Below, piece after piece: positions 26,436-39,683 of a stretch of DNA of 64,000 nucleotides. The notes under the pieces were generated by a model. It saw only the letters and a program-made list of their open reading frames with translations, did no database searches and was not told the origin of the DNA. A program made the translations under genes and the position numbers. Position 1 is the stretch's first letter. Every line of letters begins with the position of its first letter. The DNA lies in contig NC_042999.1 in the NCBI RefSeq assembly GCF_006345805.1, positions 65,100,001 to 65,164,000 of the forward strand. Direction: 5' to 3'. This stretch comes from Octopus sinensis (lineage: Eukaryota).

Positions 26436-26849
26436 TTTAATTTATAAATAATGGCTACGAAATACATGGCTATTTTTCAGGAATAAATAAATAAATAAAT
26501 AAATGTTCAATAGCATCAAGAATGGACTTTGCTTCATGTGAAGCGGTGTGCGTAACAGTAGGTGAATTTAACACTATGTATGATTGTCTAATTTTTCCCC
26601 GCTGAAAAATGCCTGAACATTTGATAAGATCTACGATGCTGTTAGAATTAGTGAAATAGGCGTAGTTTCATAATAATAATTGCCATGTTACTTAACCCTA
26701 TCGCTTTCTGTGAAACAATCAACGTCTTTTCTCCACAGTTCTTGACACTAGGCTATAAGGCATTCGTCTTCCAGGTCTCGTTGGTTTGGAATTGTCGTCG
26801 ATGTTTCTGTAACTTAAGCGCGTACATTTTTACTCCTGGATAGAGAGAG

Positions 26850-26975
26850 AGAGACATTATTCATCTGATCTCTACGCTTTGAGCCGCCCAGCATGAAAGG
26901 CCCTACAAGTAGAATGCACACCACTGCATAGGTCTTAGGGTCATTAAGGCACACGTGCCACCATTCAGCGAAAAG
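26850..26975 (-). mobile_element. Old RTE-type 5' UTR fragment
   Basis: Reverse complement gtgccttaatgaccctaagacctatgc..ttgtagggcc; homologous to 33450-33556. Confidence 0.4.
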
Positions 26976-27074
26976 TACTTGTGGTGAACACGACACTGTA
27001 TTTTATTTTGTATGCTAATGGATTTAAGTGGTTAGTTTTTATGAAAATGTTATATTCTTGAAGGGAAATCATGT

Positions 27075-27380
27075 AACTTATTGGTTAGGGTATTCGACAC
27101 ACGATCGTAAGGTCGCGAGTTCACTCCTCGGCGATGCGTTGTGTCCCAGAGCAAAACACTTTATTTCACGTTGCCCCAGTCCACTTAGCTACTAAAAATG
27201 AGTAGTACTTGAATTTCAAAGGGCCAGACTTATCACATCCTGTGATCTCCCTGAGAACTGCGTTAAGGGTACACATGTCCATGGAGTATTCAGTCACATG
27301 CAAGTTACTTTCACGAGCATGCTGTTCTGTTGATCGGATCAACTGGAACACACGTCGTTGTAATAGACGGTGTGCGCCAC
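27075..27380 (+). mobile_element. SINE group B (M1 + tail T2), decayed
   Basis: cacgatcgtaaggtcgcgagttc..ttcacgttgccccagtccac..gatcggatcaactggaac. Confidence 0.75.
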
Positions 27381-27757
27381 AACACACCAGTATTCTTTAA
27401 TCTATGTTTCGGTGTTGTAGTATGTAATGGCACCTTGGGTTGGTGTTGTCACATTAGACAGGCATACTTAGGGAGCGATCAAAGCTCTGTGGGAGATATT
27501 TCTTCCTTAACTGCTATTGTGTGAAAGACTAATGGCGCATCTGTTCGTGCTTGCTCTTTCGATTGGAAGCTTAAACTCTTACGCAGTTAAATTCCAACAT
27601 TTCGCTTTTAAGCTTCCATACTGCGTCAAGCATTTGGTTCTCTGGTCTGAGCGTAGCTTGTTACCATTTCCCTATTAGCCGCAGAGGTCTTGAGATGAGG
27701 CATGGGCGCTGCACGTCTTCTGTTTAAATCAGAAAAATAAAACTAGTTTATTAGAAA

Positions 27758-28274
27758 GTAGCAGTATCGCCCGGCGTTGCTCGGGTTTGTAAGGGAAATA
27801 ACTATATAAGCATTTTTAGAGACTTACTTCCCTTATAGATGCCAATTCGGGCTATCTTAGCCATTTCTGTTTTGGTGTCTTCAAGCCATGAAGTCGTTGT
27901 TCTAAAAGAACGCTGGTCTCCTTGACAACGCTTTACAACGTTGATTTCCATACACTGCCTTCCCCACAGCTTCACGAGGGAGGGAAGAAGGGGGAGAAGC
28001 AAACACAGGTGCAGGTGTTTGAGCATGGACGCCAACTCCGCCGTCATCGACACACGAAAAATTATGCATTAAAATGGAATAAAAAATTATGTTAAATTAT
28101 TTTAAAAATCGTAGACTCATCGTAGACGCGCGCTAATAGCCAGTAGGGCTCGATATTAATCACGACTATAAGATACCCGAATTTGGTTAAACTGCACCGC
28201 AAAATGTGGGAGGAGTTAGGAATCTAAATCGAAGGGGATAGACACTCACACAACTAGAGTTTTATATATATAGA
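27758..28274 (-). mobile_element. Non-autonomous Helitron
   Basis: Minus strand starts A|TCTATATATATAAAA and ends with hairpin CCCGAGCAACGCCGGG plus CTGCTAC|T (canonical CTAG); no TSD. Confidence 0.75.
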
Positions 28275-28633
28275 TAAAGCAATAATGCAGAGAGCTTTAT
28301 ATAAAGTGAAGATAGAATTTATAATGCAATTAATGGTTATTTTTCAGAGGACTGCCCCATCTACAAAGCAAAAACAGTTTTATAAAAAGTATTGTAAGAG
28401 ATCAGATATCGCCATGTCTTTGGCAAATGTATCGTCAGCAGGAGTGCGTCAGTGAAGCTGTAGTGGTTGTAGTAGACGTGGGAGACGTTGTAGATGTAGA
28501 GATACTAGCAGCAGCCACGTTGTAACCGTATTAAGTGTAGAGACAGGAGCAATAACTGCTCAAGTGAGGCCGTGTCAATGACATGTGGGATAATGTTAAT
28601 GCATTAATACTAGCCGCTGCTGTAACAGCGTCA

Positions 28634-28970
28634 GTGGAGGCGCAATGGCTCAGTGGTTAGGGCAGCGGCGTCGCGGTTTCGATTCCCAGGCCGGGCGTTG
28701 TGTGTTTTTATTGAGCGAAAACACCTAAAGCTCCACGAGGCTCCGGCAGGGGGTGGTGGCGACACCTGTTGTACTCTTTCGCTCCAACTTTCTCTCACTC
28801 TTTCTTCCAGTTTCTTGTCCCCCGACTTCCTACGCAACCTGGATGCGCATTCGGGGGTTGACCTGCTTTCTCTTCTGCGGGTCTTACGAATAGCAAAGGA
28901 CCAACGTTTCGGACTTCTCCCAAAGGACGAAGACCGCTTCGTTCAACAAACAAACAAACAAACAAACAGC
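28634..28970 (+). mobile_element. SINE group B (M2 + tail T4) with (AAAC)n tail and cagcgtca TSD
   Basis: gtggaggcgcaatggctcagtggttagg head, internally shortened. Confidence 0.85.
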
Positions 28971-29039
28971 AGCGTCAATCGTAGTGCTGAGAATCGTAGC
29001 GATGATGGTGATGGCAGCAGCAGTATTAGCGAACGTAGC

Positions 29040-29344
29040 CACATTAGTAGTAGTAGTAATAGCTCCACCACCACCAGCAATACCACAACCACAATCACCA
29101 CCACTATATGCAGCAGCAGTGGGGTGTCAATGAAGGTAGCAATAGGCATTGGTAGTTACATTGTTAGCAGTGTCCACCACCACAAACATCGTCGTCATCA
29201 TCATCATCATCATCATCCACATTATGATCATCTTCAGCAGCAGCAACGGTACTAGCAGCAATAGTCACAGCACTAGTAGTAGTAGTAGTGGTGGTAGTAG
29301 TAGTAGTAGTAGTGGTGGTGGTGGTAGTAGTGGTGGTAATAGTG

Positions 29345-29384
<40 letters not shown>

Positions 29385-29395
29385 CGGTAGTAGTG

Positions 29396-29428
<33 letters not shown>

Positions 29429-29470
29429 ATAGTAGTAATAGTAGTAGTAGTGGTGGTGGTAGTAGTAGCC
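29040..29470. repeat. Compound trinucleotide repeats (CAC/CAT/CAG, then TAG/TGG)
   Basis: Directly visible; explains the poly-S/G/T/V/H ORFs. Confidence 0.9.
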
Positions 29471-30072
29471 ATGGCAAAGTGAGTCGTAGTTGAGGGATTA
29501 TGCAAGCCATTGACCTAATTCCGATCGGCCATTAATATGCGGATCTAGTTTTTCCATAAGCATGATTTTTTTTAATATGTAAATTGCATATGTACCACTC
29601 CTTCATAAAACAAAACAAAGATGCATTTATTGTCAACTACTTTCTCAACCGGATATGTATCGGTCGGGTGTGTTGTCAACATAGTAATCAGCAATTTGGC
29701 ATATTGTAGTTAGGAATGTGTGTGTCCTTGTTAGAGCATTTCGCCCATCTGCATGGATATGGTCTAAAGTGGACAAATCCTATATTGTGCTTACTTATCA
29801 ACGGAAGAGTCCAGTGTAATCCATGAGTAGGAGAGGTGCAGCCGAAGTGTAGGAGTCCGAATGTAGGAGAGTAGCAAGTCCATGTAGTATAGTCCAAGAA
29901 AAGTTCGAAGTGTTATGAGGTGGAGACAAGATAAAACTGGTGCGATCACGTGAGCGTGTAATATGTAGTGAGAATTTACAAAAAAAACAACAAAAGACGA
30001 AGACGGATGTATCCTGATCGCTAACCACTATACCTTTTTTATTTTCTCTCCCTCTTTATTTCTCTTTGCTAT

Positions 30073-30291
30073 TTTTTACTTGTTTCAATTATGTGACTGC
30101 GGCCATGCTGGACCACCACCTTTAGTCGACCCCAGGACTTATACTTTGTAAGCCTAGTACTTATTATATCGGCTTTTTTTCGAACCGCTAAGTAACGGAG
30201 ATGTAAACACACCAGCATCGGTTGTCAAGCGATGTTGGGTGGGTGGGTGGGTGGGTGGGACAAACACAGACATACAAACACAGACATACAA

Positions 30292-30366
<75 letters not shown>

Positions 30367-30538
30367 CATGTATACGACGGGCTTCTTTCAGTTTCCGTTT
30401 ACCAAATCCACTTACAAGGCTTTGGTCGGCACGAGGCTATAGTAGAAGACACTTGGCCCAGGTGTCACGCACTGGGACTGAACTCGGAACCATGTGGTTC
30501 GTAAGCAAGCTATTTACCACACAGCCACTCCTGCGCCT
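30073..30538 (-). mobile_element. SINE group C with internal (GGGT)n and (TA)n
   Basis: Reverse complement of the 10167-10617 family. Confidence 0.88.
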
Positions 30539-30539
30539 C

Positions 30540-30650
30540 CTGTGTTCCTTTCTATTGAAGATCGTGGGCTCGAAATGTAGAAGACTTTCTCACTTACCGA
30601 GCGTTAAACTAATACATCGTCTTTTGTTCTTGTTTTAAAATTCTCACTAT
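30540..30650 (+). mobile_element. Penelope-like short element fragment
   Basis: ctattgaagatcgtgggctcgaaatg..ccgagcgttaaactaatac. Confidence 0.5.
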
Positions 30651-30722
30651 ATCGTATTTATCTTTATACCTTCTCAGTTTATAGTTTGTGTTTATACTTT
30701 TTTATTTCATACTTGTCTAAGT

Positions 30723-31035
30723 TGAAGGCACGTAGCTTAATTGTTAGGAGTGTTCAGCCCGCAATCGTAAGATCATGAGTTCGATTCCTCGTGGCGCATT
30801 GTATCCTAAAGCAAGACACTTTATATCATGTTGCTCCAGTTCTCTCGACTACCAAAAATGAGTAGTACCTGTATTTCAAATCCTTGTCATATTCTGTGTC
30901 ACGCTGAATCTCCCCGAGAAGTACGATAAGGGTGCTTCTGAAATTCTGAGTCACTTGCACGTCAATTTCACTAGCAGGCGGTTCCGTTGATCGGATCACT
31001 TGGAACCTTCGTCGTCGTAAACGACGAAGTGCCAC
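30723..31035 (+). mobile_element. SINE group B (M1 + T2)
   Basis: Homologous to 27075-27380. Confidence 0.75.
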
Positions 31036-31204
31036 TGTGTGTACTTGCCTCAGTGTTCTTCGTGAAGAAGAAACGTTCATTTGTTTATACTGTGGTTATT
31101 GAATTTATGCAATATCGATATAACAATTGTTTCTACTAATAATAATAATACTACAATCACCTCTAACAAATAGCATCAAATCATACCGTTATGTTTTAAG
31201 CTAC

Positions 31205-31628
31205 TCTTTTACTTGTTTCGGTTAGATGACTGTGGCCATGCTGGAACAACGCCTTTTTAGTTGAGCAAATTGACCCCCCGGACGTATTTTTTGGAAGCCT
31301 AGTACTTATTCTAACGAACTTTTTTTGCCGAACCGCTAAGTTACGTGGATGTAAACACACCAGCCTCGGTTGTCAAGCGATGTTGGGGGTACAAACACAG
31401 ACACACAAACACATACACACGCACATACATATATATATATATATACATATATGTATACATATATACGACGGACTTCTTTCAGTTTCCGTCTACCAAATGC
31501 ACTCACAATGATTTGGTCGACCCGAGGCTATAGCAGAAGACACTTGCCCAAAGTGCCACGCAGTGGGACTGAACCCGGAAGCATGTGGTTCGTAAGCAAG
31601 CTACTTACCACTCAGCTACCCCTACGCT
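31205..31628 (-). mobile_element. SINE group C
   Basis: Reverse complement of the group C pattern. Confidence 0.85.
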
Positions 31629-31642
31629 TATAAAATGTGTGA

Positions 31643-31762
31643 CGCTTACAGCACCTAGATTTCCCAAGCGGTCACCCTTCTACGTACTAACTAGGCTCCT
31701 CGTTACTTAACTTCTGCGATCGGACGAGAACCAGTTCTTTCAACGTGATATAGCCGTTTGAC
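31643..31762 (-). rRNA. Orphan 5S rRNA copy, probably a pseudogene
   Basis: Minus strand gtcaaacggctatatcacgttgaaagaactggttctcgtccgatcgcagaagttaagtaacgaggagcctagttagtacgtagaagggtgaccgcttgggaaatctaggtgctgtaagc is collinear with the full ~120-nt metazoan 5S; C-box substitutions; TTTT a few nt downstream. Confidence 0.88.
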
Positions 31763-31845
31763 TGTAAGTTCTTCTATGATGGGTGACCTGAGATTGAAGA
31801 ACATCCCAACCACCATGATCAAATGCCAATATTATTGTGAACGTA

Positions 31846-32947
31846 AGGTGGAGAGCTGCAAGAATTTTTAACATTCCGAACCAAATGCTTAGCACTATTT
31901 CAAATTCCACCGAGGAGTACTTTTCCTATCACCTTCTCTGAATCTACAAAATAAGTACCACTGTACCACTTGAACACTGGAGTTGATGTAATCGAATAAC
32001 CTACTTCATCCGAAATTGCAGGCCTTGTTTCAAAGTTTGAAACCAATAAAATCCTGAAGATAATCTGGTGAAATGGCAGAATCGTTAGCAAGAGGGCGAA
32101 ATGCATAACATCTCCTCCGTCTTTATATTCTGAATTCAAATTACATCGACTTCGACCTTTATCTTCGCGGTCGATAAAATAAGTTCCATCTGAGCCCTGG
32201 GGTCGATATTATTGACTTATTCCTTCCCTAGAAACTGCTGGCCTTGTGCCAAAATTTGAAAGCTATATTATCCCGAGGAAACACCATGAGCATAAAAAAT
32301 TTTTTTTTCTACTCCAGAAATATAAATATATTTGATTTTGCAAATTTAATTAATTGTTTTGTGGTCGATACAGGAGACAAGATTTATTTTTCAGTAGCCT
32401 CAAGCGTTTTAGTGTTTTCCTTTTTATTTTCATGGTTGTGGTAAAAGTGAAGATGTGTAATCGTGTTGTTAGTGTGTTGCGCTCACAATTTCGATTGAGG
32501 TTTCGATTCTTGGACCCATGGTGCATTGTTTTCTCCAGTTCGCTCAGTAGCAAATAAAATCCAAAATTATGCGAGACGGGCCGACGTTTGGTTTTTGTGG
32601 GGAATGTGCTCATGTAAGTGACATATAGGTCATGGGAACCGAGTTAAGGTCCGGCCAAAGGTCGTCCTACAGCTCATCTCATATCTAAATAAGTTTCCAA
32701 GGTCATTGATCTAATCACTAAGGGTTGCTAGTCTGACGGTGGCGAAATGGCAAAATCGTTAGCAGTAGGGTGAAATGCCTAGCAACTTATCGTCTGGCTT
32801 TACGTTCTGAGTTCAAATTACGCCGGGGTCGACTTCACCTTTCATCATCCGGGGTTGATAAAATAATTACTATTTGAGCACTGGGGTCGATGTTATCGAC
32901 TAATTCCTTCCCCAGAAATTGATGGCCTTGTGCCAAAATTTGAAAAC
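31846..32947 (+). mobile_element. Three older SINE group A copies (31846-32046, 32067-32282, 32738-32947) plus a group B head fragment (~32450-32560)
   Basis: ttcaaatt..gataaaataag..ctggggtcgat..ggccttgtgccaaaatttgaaa. Confidence 0.75.
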
Positions 32948-33299
32948 ATATAATCCCGTGGATTTGATTTCAGAATTAATGGGGAAAGCGTAATTTTTCT
33001 TTGAGCGAAGTAATTAATTTCCCGTTGATCTAGCGTACTTAGTCAAATGTTAATGCAGTTTTCCCGAATTTTGTTAGTGACTTTGTTCAGCTACAGGCGA
33101 ACCGTGATTGAGAAGATGTATGACCAATGGTGTTCTAGTTATGATTTACACAACACGTAATCACCCGAGGTAAATTTCTCCTTACATCCTTTTACTTAAA
33201 CTCCCTGCTCTCTATGGAACGTGGACTGTCGGCGTCAATTCTCCACTCTTTTCAACTCTAGGCTCTCTTTTCTACATCATTGGAAATTTTTGAGCGTCG

Positions 33300-33556
33300 A
33301 CATCTCCCCTTCCTATGGAAGGCCTTACTCTTCCAGTTCTCGTTGCCTTTGAATTATCAATTCTTGTGTAAAATTGCTTTTTGTATGTACGAGTGTTGGC
33401 TTTACGCAAACATATTTTTAACTCTGGGAAGATGTGATCCATATTAGTCTGGTATTTATCTTTTGACCAACATTGAGAGGCCCTACGATGAGCTTATGCT
33501 CCACTGGCTTAGCTCACAGGGTCATTGAGGCATACACGCCACAACACCACACAAGG
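33300..33556 (-). mobile_element. Old RTE-type 5' UTR fragment
   Basis: Reverse complement ccttgtgtgg..gcctcaatgaccctgtgagctaagcc..gtagggcctctc..ggtcaaaag..ccagact resembles RTE 5' UTRs. Confidence 0.45.
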
Positions 33557-34468
33557 ACTGGACCTTGTGGTTGTTTTCACCTAAAAGAATGAAACTTACC
33601 ACGAGACCCACTACAATAAGGACCAAGACCATTATTAGAGTTCGTTTCTCTTTACATTTTTTCTCTGTTTATGGATTTTGTCTGTATTTCAGAGGTCCAA
33701 ACGTGAGAAGATATGTGACATTAATTTATCCCCATAATTCCGTTAAGAGCACACGTATCTGTGGAAAAATCAACCAGCTTCACGTTAATTTCACGATTAG
33801 GGATTCGAGAATGAACTGAACAACTGAATTAATATAATCAAGCCCACAGTGAACACACCAGTGTACGAACTCCGGAAACTTTGCTACTTATTTCCTGCAA
33901 GACGTAACTCCTTTGTTCTCTTTTCAAATATGGCATCATCAGGGATAAACGAATAAAGCTTTCGCCAAAAAATTTATACAGTTTTATATCCATTTCAGAA
34001 ATGCTTTGACATTATATTGAAGAAGCCATTGTCAGAACTAGAACATGGAACCGCCAGAGCTGCGAAGTGAAAAGAATAATACAATCTGCCAGGTTCTATA
34101 TCACTGCTGTATTGCTATAGAATCGTTGCTTCAGAGCGACAAAACTACTGCTTAAGTAATATTGACGTTGAGTTCAAAATTCCATTTCGATGTTAGATTA
34201 TCTTGGAAGATTTGTTTACAACGGAAATATATTTAAGGAAATATTCATATTTCTCCATATTTTTACACAGTCTCAAGAGAGCTGCACATGTTGAAATGTC
34301 GATATATTAAATGGGTGAGAGAGCAAATTCTTAATGATATTTGTGTGCGGTTGATATAGTACAGGTTTCAAATATATGGATCTCGTAATGGCTGTTAACA
34401 TAGTAACGATTCACTCACACACGCACACGCGCACATACGCATAAATACGTATGTATGTATGCGTATAT

Positions 34469-34522
<54 letters not shown>

Positions 34523-34805
34523 CACATTTACATGGATAAACACACGTACACGTACTCATATATGTGCATGTGTGTGTCTGTAATGTGCGTGTATATTTTG
34601 TATGTACACGTGTTTATATGTATATTTATACCGATAAGGGTACACTAGGTCAGAGCATACATAAATATAAGATCATCTGAACCAATGGTAATGTTTAGAT
34701 TTAGCCGTTTCACAAATGCACACATGGGGTGTACACACACAGAGACACACATCCATGTGTATGTTTATGTTTGTATATGAGTGGGTAGAGTTAGAGAGAA
34801 ATATA

Positions 34806-34872
<67 letters not shown>

Positions 34873-35087
34873 GAAACCGATTTTTTTTATACAGATGAGT
34901 TAGTAAATATGTACACAAACCTAGTAAAACAGACATTTGATAAATGAGGATATCAAGTATCAACTATATTCTCATCTATCATTGATACAGAATAAAAATT
35001 TAAGTTCTAAACTACTACCATACGCAACACACATACACATACAATGGTTGTGTCTCTCTCACTCCACTCTCTCTCCCCCCCTCTCTC

Positions 35088-35118
<31 letters not shown>

Positions 35119-35734
35119 TTCTGTGTCCTCACACATTTCACTTCTGTTTTTTCTCTCTCTCCAGGTTCTCACTGCCCCATTCTCTGTTTCATCTTCCTCC
35201 TCCTCCTCTCTCTCTCTGTCTGTTCCGGCATTACACCTCATCCCTCAATGTATCACATCAGTGGCTAACTAATATTAGGTATATTAGATTTACTAGCTTG
35301 AGAATGAGAAGGAACAAGCTTTATTTTGTAAAATATAAACTACAGAAAATCTCATCAGTGTGATTCGCGAGGACGTGCAATTCTCCATTTGTTCTCATTT
35401 TGCTACTTAAGTCATCGAAACTTTTTTCAAACTTTTCTGAAGATTGAAAAGGGCAACATTACTGGCGCTTAGGAAATTATAGATGACAATTGTTAGATTA
35501 AGAATGTGAAACTTGACATATATTGAAGACATAATTGAAATCAACTGCAAACCCAGAAAGTTTGTGGGAGACTTTTGCACAAGTCTGTATAATAATATCC
35601 TTTAAACGAATTACATGTAGCAAAAGAGAGAAGGTGGAGACGATATATATCAGAGATGATGGCTGTAAGATGACAGAAGTGGAATAATACGGAGGACCGG
35701 ATACGCAGTTATAAATCTTTTATCTTCTAATATT

Positions 35735-36079
35735 TAATTATTTCAGTCATTGAATTGTGGCCATACTGGGACACCACCTTGTAAGGTTTTAATGCTTATG
35801 TTATATATATATATATATATATATATATTTTTTTAATCGGGTACTTTTTTATCGGTTCCGTTTGCTGAACCGTTATACTACGGAGACGAAAAGAAAGCAT
35901 CGCCGGTTGCCAAGCGGTAGGATGGGGTTACCTACAAAGGGGAAGGACTTTTAGTTGAATATATCGGCCCCAGTACTTATTCTATTATCCTGCCGAACCA
36001 CTTATGCGCAGGGACCTGAACACACCAGCACCGGTTGTCAAGCGGTTTGGGAATCAAAAACGCACTCATACACGTGCTT

Positions 36080-36115
<36 letters not shown>

Positions 36116-36348
36116 TATATATATATATATACATACACACCTACGCACACAAACACACGCGTACACACACATATACACATAGTTAATGGGTTTCTTTCTT
36201 TTTCCGTCTACCAAATCCACTCACAAGTCTCTGGTCGGTCCTGAACTATAGAAGAAGACTCTCGCCCAAAGTACCACGCAGTGAGACTGAACCTGGAACC
36301 ATGTGGCTAGGAAGCATGCTTCTTATCAAACAGCCACGCATGCGCCTA
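35735..36348 (-). mobile_element. SINE group C with partial 3' duplication
   Basis: Two ccggttg(t/c)caagcgg segments; head at about 36348. Confidence 0.75.
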
Positions 36349-37239
36349 TCTGATTAGTTTCCGTTTTATTATTTTTGTTTTTCTTTCATTTTCATCCTTA
36401 TCATAGAACCTTCAGCATTAGTACATCCGTCGACAACCATGACTGGCCTTTGGTATAATGGAAGTTAATTGTAACTTTGATGAATGTACTTATCTGGGGA
36501 GTAGTTTGTAAAAGGGCTGTGTGAGTTATCAAATGGTACTTAGTGCAACGGAAGTTTCGACAACCAAATAATAAAATATTGAAGTAAAGTTAATAGTTTT
36601 TTGTGCGATTTTGTATGGCGAGCGCTTGTCTTCTACGCTGTAATTGCTAAATGTAAATTTTATCAATAATATAATTCGTGCTATAACACATACACAGATG
36701 GACACAGACTGACATACAGAGAAACAGATATACAGACTAACAGACATACAGATACACACACACACACACACAGTGTTTTATCATCGGAGTTATATCGGAG
36801 CCTACAGGCCTGTGGTAGTGTCCTAAGTAATCATATATCGATGAACAAGTATGACTGCTTCTATCCAATTTTTTTTAACGGCGGGAATTAAAAGTAAGAT
36901 ATATTAACTACAAAGATAATACATTTCATCAGACACAAACAGACACAGACACACATGCAAACGCACGCACACACACATATACACGTACACATACACACTA
37001 TTACTTATATCTTGAGGGAACTGTGGTGTATTTCGGTTTGTAAACTGTATAAGCAACGAGAGTACAAAATACCCACAAACTTGAACAAGACGCTAGTCTG
37101 TTGTAAGGATAATGAGGTCGATAATAACATCTAAATCTAAAATAAATTACTAAACCGATGAGCGAAACGGTGTGTAACAGACGCTGGTTGTATCTGTACA
37201 ATAGATGAATGTTGGCTTACCTCAGATGAGGAAGAATGA

Positions 37240-37618
37240 CTGGTACTCCGTCGGTTACGACGACGAGTGTTCCAGTTGATCCGATCATCGGAACAGCCTG
37301 CTCGTGAAATGAACGTGCAAGTGGCTGAGCACTCCGCAAACACGTGTACCCTTAAAGTATTTCTCGGGGAGATTCAGCATGACACAGAGTGTGCCAAGGC
37401 TGGCCCTTTGAAATATAAGTGCAACAGAAACAGGAAGAAAGAGTGGGAGAAAGTTGTGAAAGATTACAGCAGAGTTCACCAACCCCACCTGCCGGAGCCT
37501 CGTGGAGTTTTAGGTGTTTTCGCTCAATAAACACTCACAATGCCCGGTCTGGGAATCGAAGCCGCGATCTTAAGACCACAAGTCCGCTGCCGTAACCACT
37601 GGGACATTACGCCTCCAC
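37240..37618 (-). mobile_element. SINE group B (M2 + T2)
   Basis: Reverse complement of the 50817-51180 type. Confidence 0.88.
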
Positions 37619-37914
37619 AAAGTGTGACAAGGAAGAATGAGAACGGAGTAAATGACAATGTGATGCAGATGCATGGCGTTCTACATTAGACAGAGAAAAG
37701 GCGATGGATGCGATCGTATGGCAAATAGATGGCATATTACTGTAGATGGCGATGGCTTTATAGTATGTGAACGGGACTACAGGTCATATAATGAGGCTAA
37801 ACAAGTGGGTGTGTCTATAATATAACTCAGCACAATGCTGAGAGGAAGAACGACAATTTCTAGTATTCAAAATCTGGTACTAAAGATGTACATGTTAATG
37901 ACCAAGACGGACGA

Positions 37915-37975
37915 AGGAATAGAAATAAAACAAGTCTTTTACGTTTCGAGCCTACGCTCTTCAACAGAAAGATAC
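37915..37975 (-). mobile_element. Penelope-like fragment with CTGTTGA core
   Basis: Minus strand ctgttgaagagcgtaggctcgaaacgtaaaagac. Confidence 0.6.
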
Positions 37976-38039
37976 GTTCTAGAACATACTTTCCTCAGAC
38001 GATTTTAAATCTTTTGCAATTTTATCCAACTTCAAGTTT

Positions 38040-38245
38040 GTGAAAGGGCAGAATTTGTTGGCACGCCGGGCAAAATACGTAGCGGCATTTTGTCCGTCTT
38101 CACATTATGAGTTCAAATTCGGCTGCGGTTTATTTTGCCATTCATTTTTTGGGGGTCTATATAAAATAAGTACCAGTTGAGGATTGGGGTCAATATAATC
38201 AACATTTTCGAACTTTCTGGTCTTGTGTTAAAGTTTGACACCATT
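38040..38245 (+). mobile_element. Older SINE group A
   Basis: ggcagaat..gcacgccggg..gagttcaaatt..aataagtaccag. Confidence 0.75.
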
Positions 38246-38347
38246 ATCATCCATTATTTTCTGTTTACTGATGATTTTAAATTTTAAACAACCTATGACA
38301 AACAGTGATATTTATTATTAATATTTATTATTAATATGTTCTGATAG

Positions 38348-38628
38348 GTTTGAACATGAATATCTGATGGCTGTTGCTATTAAAAATCGGAAAGCATCTT
38401 CTCCCATTACTTCAGATGTAGTTAATACACACGTGATTCACAAGTGTAAGTAGATTTCTACACACGACGGTGTTTCGCCCGCGTTGTGCGCTGTTCCAGT
38501 CGAAGCTACCCCGGACTAACGAATCTCCTTACACCGGTGAATCACGTGTGTTATGAACACATATCGCTTTAAGAGTAGACATGCGCATGATATCGAATAG
38601 GAATACCAGATATTCAGGTTCGAATATG
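38348..38628. mobile_element. Decayed fold-back/MITE-like element
   Basis: Nested inverted matches: gaacatgaatatctg with cagatattcaggttc, and acacacgtgattcacaagtgtaag with cttacaccggtgaatcacgtgtgt. Confidence 0.6.
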
Positions 38629-39034
38629 CTAGAACGTATTAAAAATGAATAGTTAAGTTATTGTTTATATTCTCGCTCTTCAGCGTGCACCCCATGAATT
38701 ACTAACCATAGAATGAGTTTTTGTCTAATTAATGCATGGACAACCACAATTAATCGATTTTTTCACAAAGCTGTATTTCATATCAGAGACCTCATTGTAC
38801 AATCAATTTATACTTTTGGCGTGGGTAGTTCTGGTTCCAGTCACAGCTACTGAAGCAGAAGATAAAGAGAAAAGATAGCCACACATTATGGTTATATCGA
38901 TATACAGCACTTATCATGGTGAAAGAGCAAAAACGTTCAATAAAATTGTTGAACATGAACTATTAATTTTAGTCATGGGCGTGGCTGGTTTTGGTCTTAT
39001 TCAGAGTTTTATAATAAAAAACAGAGATAGGTAG

Positions 39035-39135
<101 letters not shown>

Positions 39136-39184
39136 CTCAGGTGGGATTAGAATTAATTGATAAGATAAACATTAGACGTTTAAT

Positions 39185-39617
39185 AGGCGCAGGAGTGGTT
39201 GTGTGGTAAGTAGCTTGCTTCCCAACCACATGGTTCCTGGTCCAGTCCCACTGCGAGGCACCTTCTACTATAGCCTCGAGCCGGCTAAAGCCTTGTGAGT
39301 GGATTTGTTAGACGGAAACTGAAAGAAGCCCGTCGTATATATATATATATATGTGTGTATGTATGTATGTATGTATGTATTATGTATGTATGTATGTATG
39401 TATGTATGTATGTATGTATGTTTGTGTATATGCTTGTTTGTCTGTGTTTGTCTCTCCCAACATCACTTGACAACCGTTTACATCCCCGTAACATAGCGGT
39501 TCGGCAAAAGAGACCGATAGAATAAGTGCTAGACCTATGAAGAATAAGTCCTCGACTAAACGCGGTGCTCCAGCATGACCGCTGTCAAATGAGTGAAACG
39601 AGTAAAAGAATAAAAGA
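39185..39617 (+). mobile_element. SINE group C, internal (TA)n/(TATG)n
   Basis: Group C head and tail with small deletions. Confidence 0.85.
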
Positions 39618-39683
39618 AAAATAATTTATATAGAAAAAATATGAATAAAACCTCCTCGACAGTAATTTCAGCCTTCTATATAT

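Noticed and set aside
28653-29493. 200-aa ORF with poly-S/T/H/Q and an S/G-rich ORF resembling a transcription factor
   Set aside because: It starts inside a SINE and continues through trinucleotide repeats
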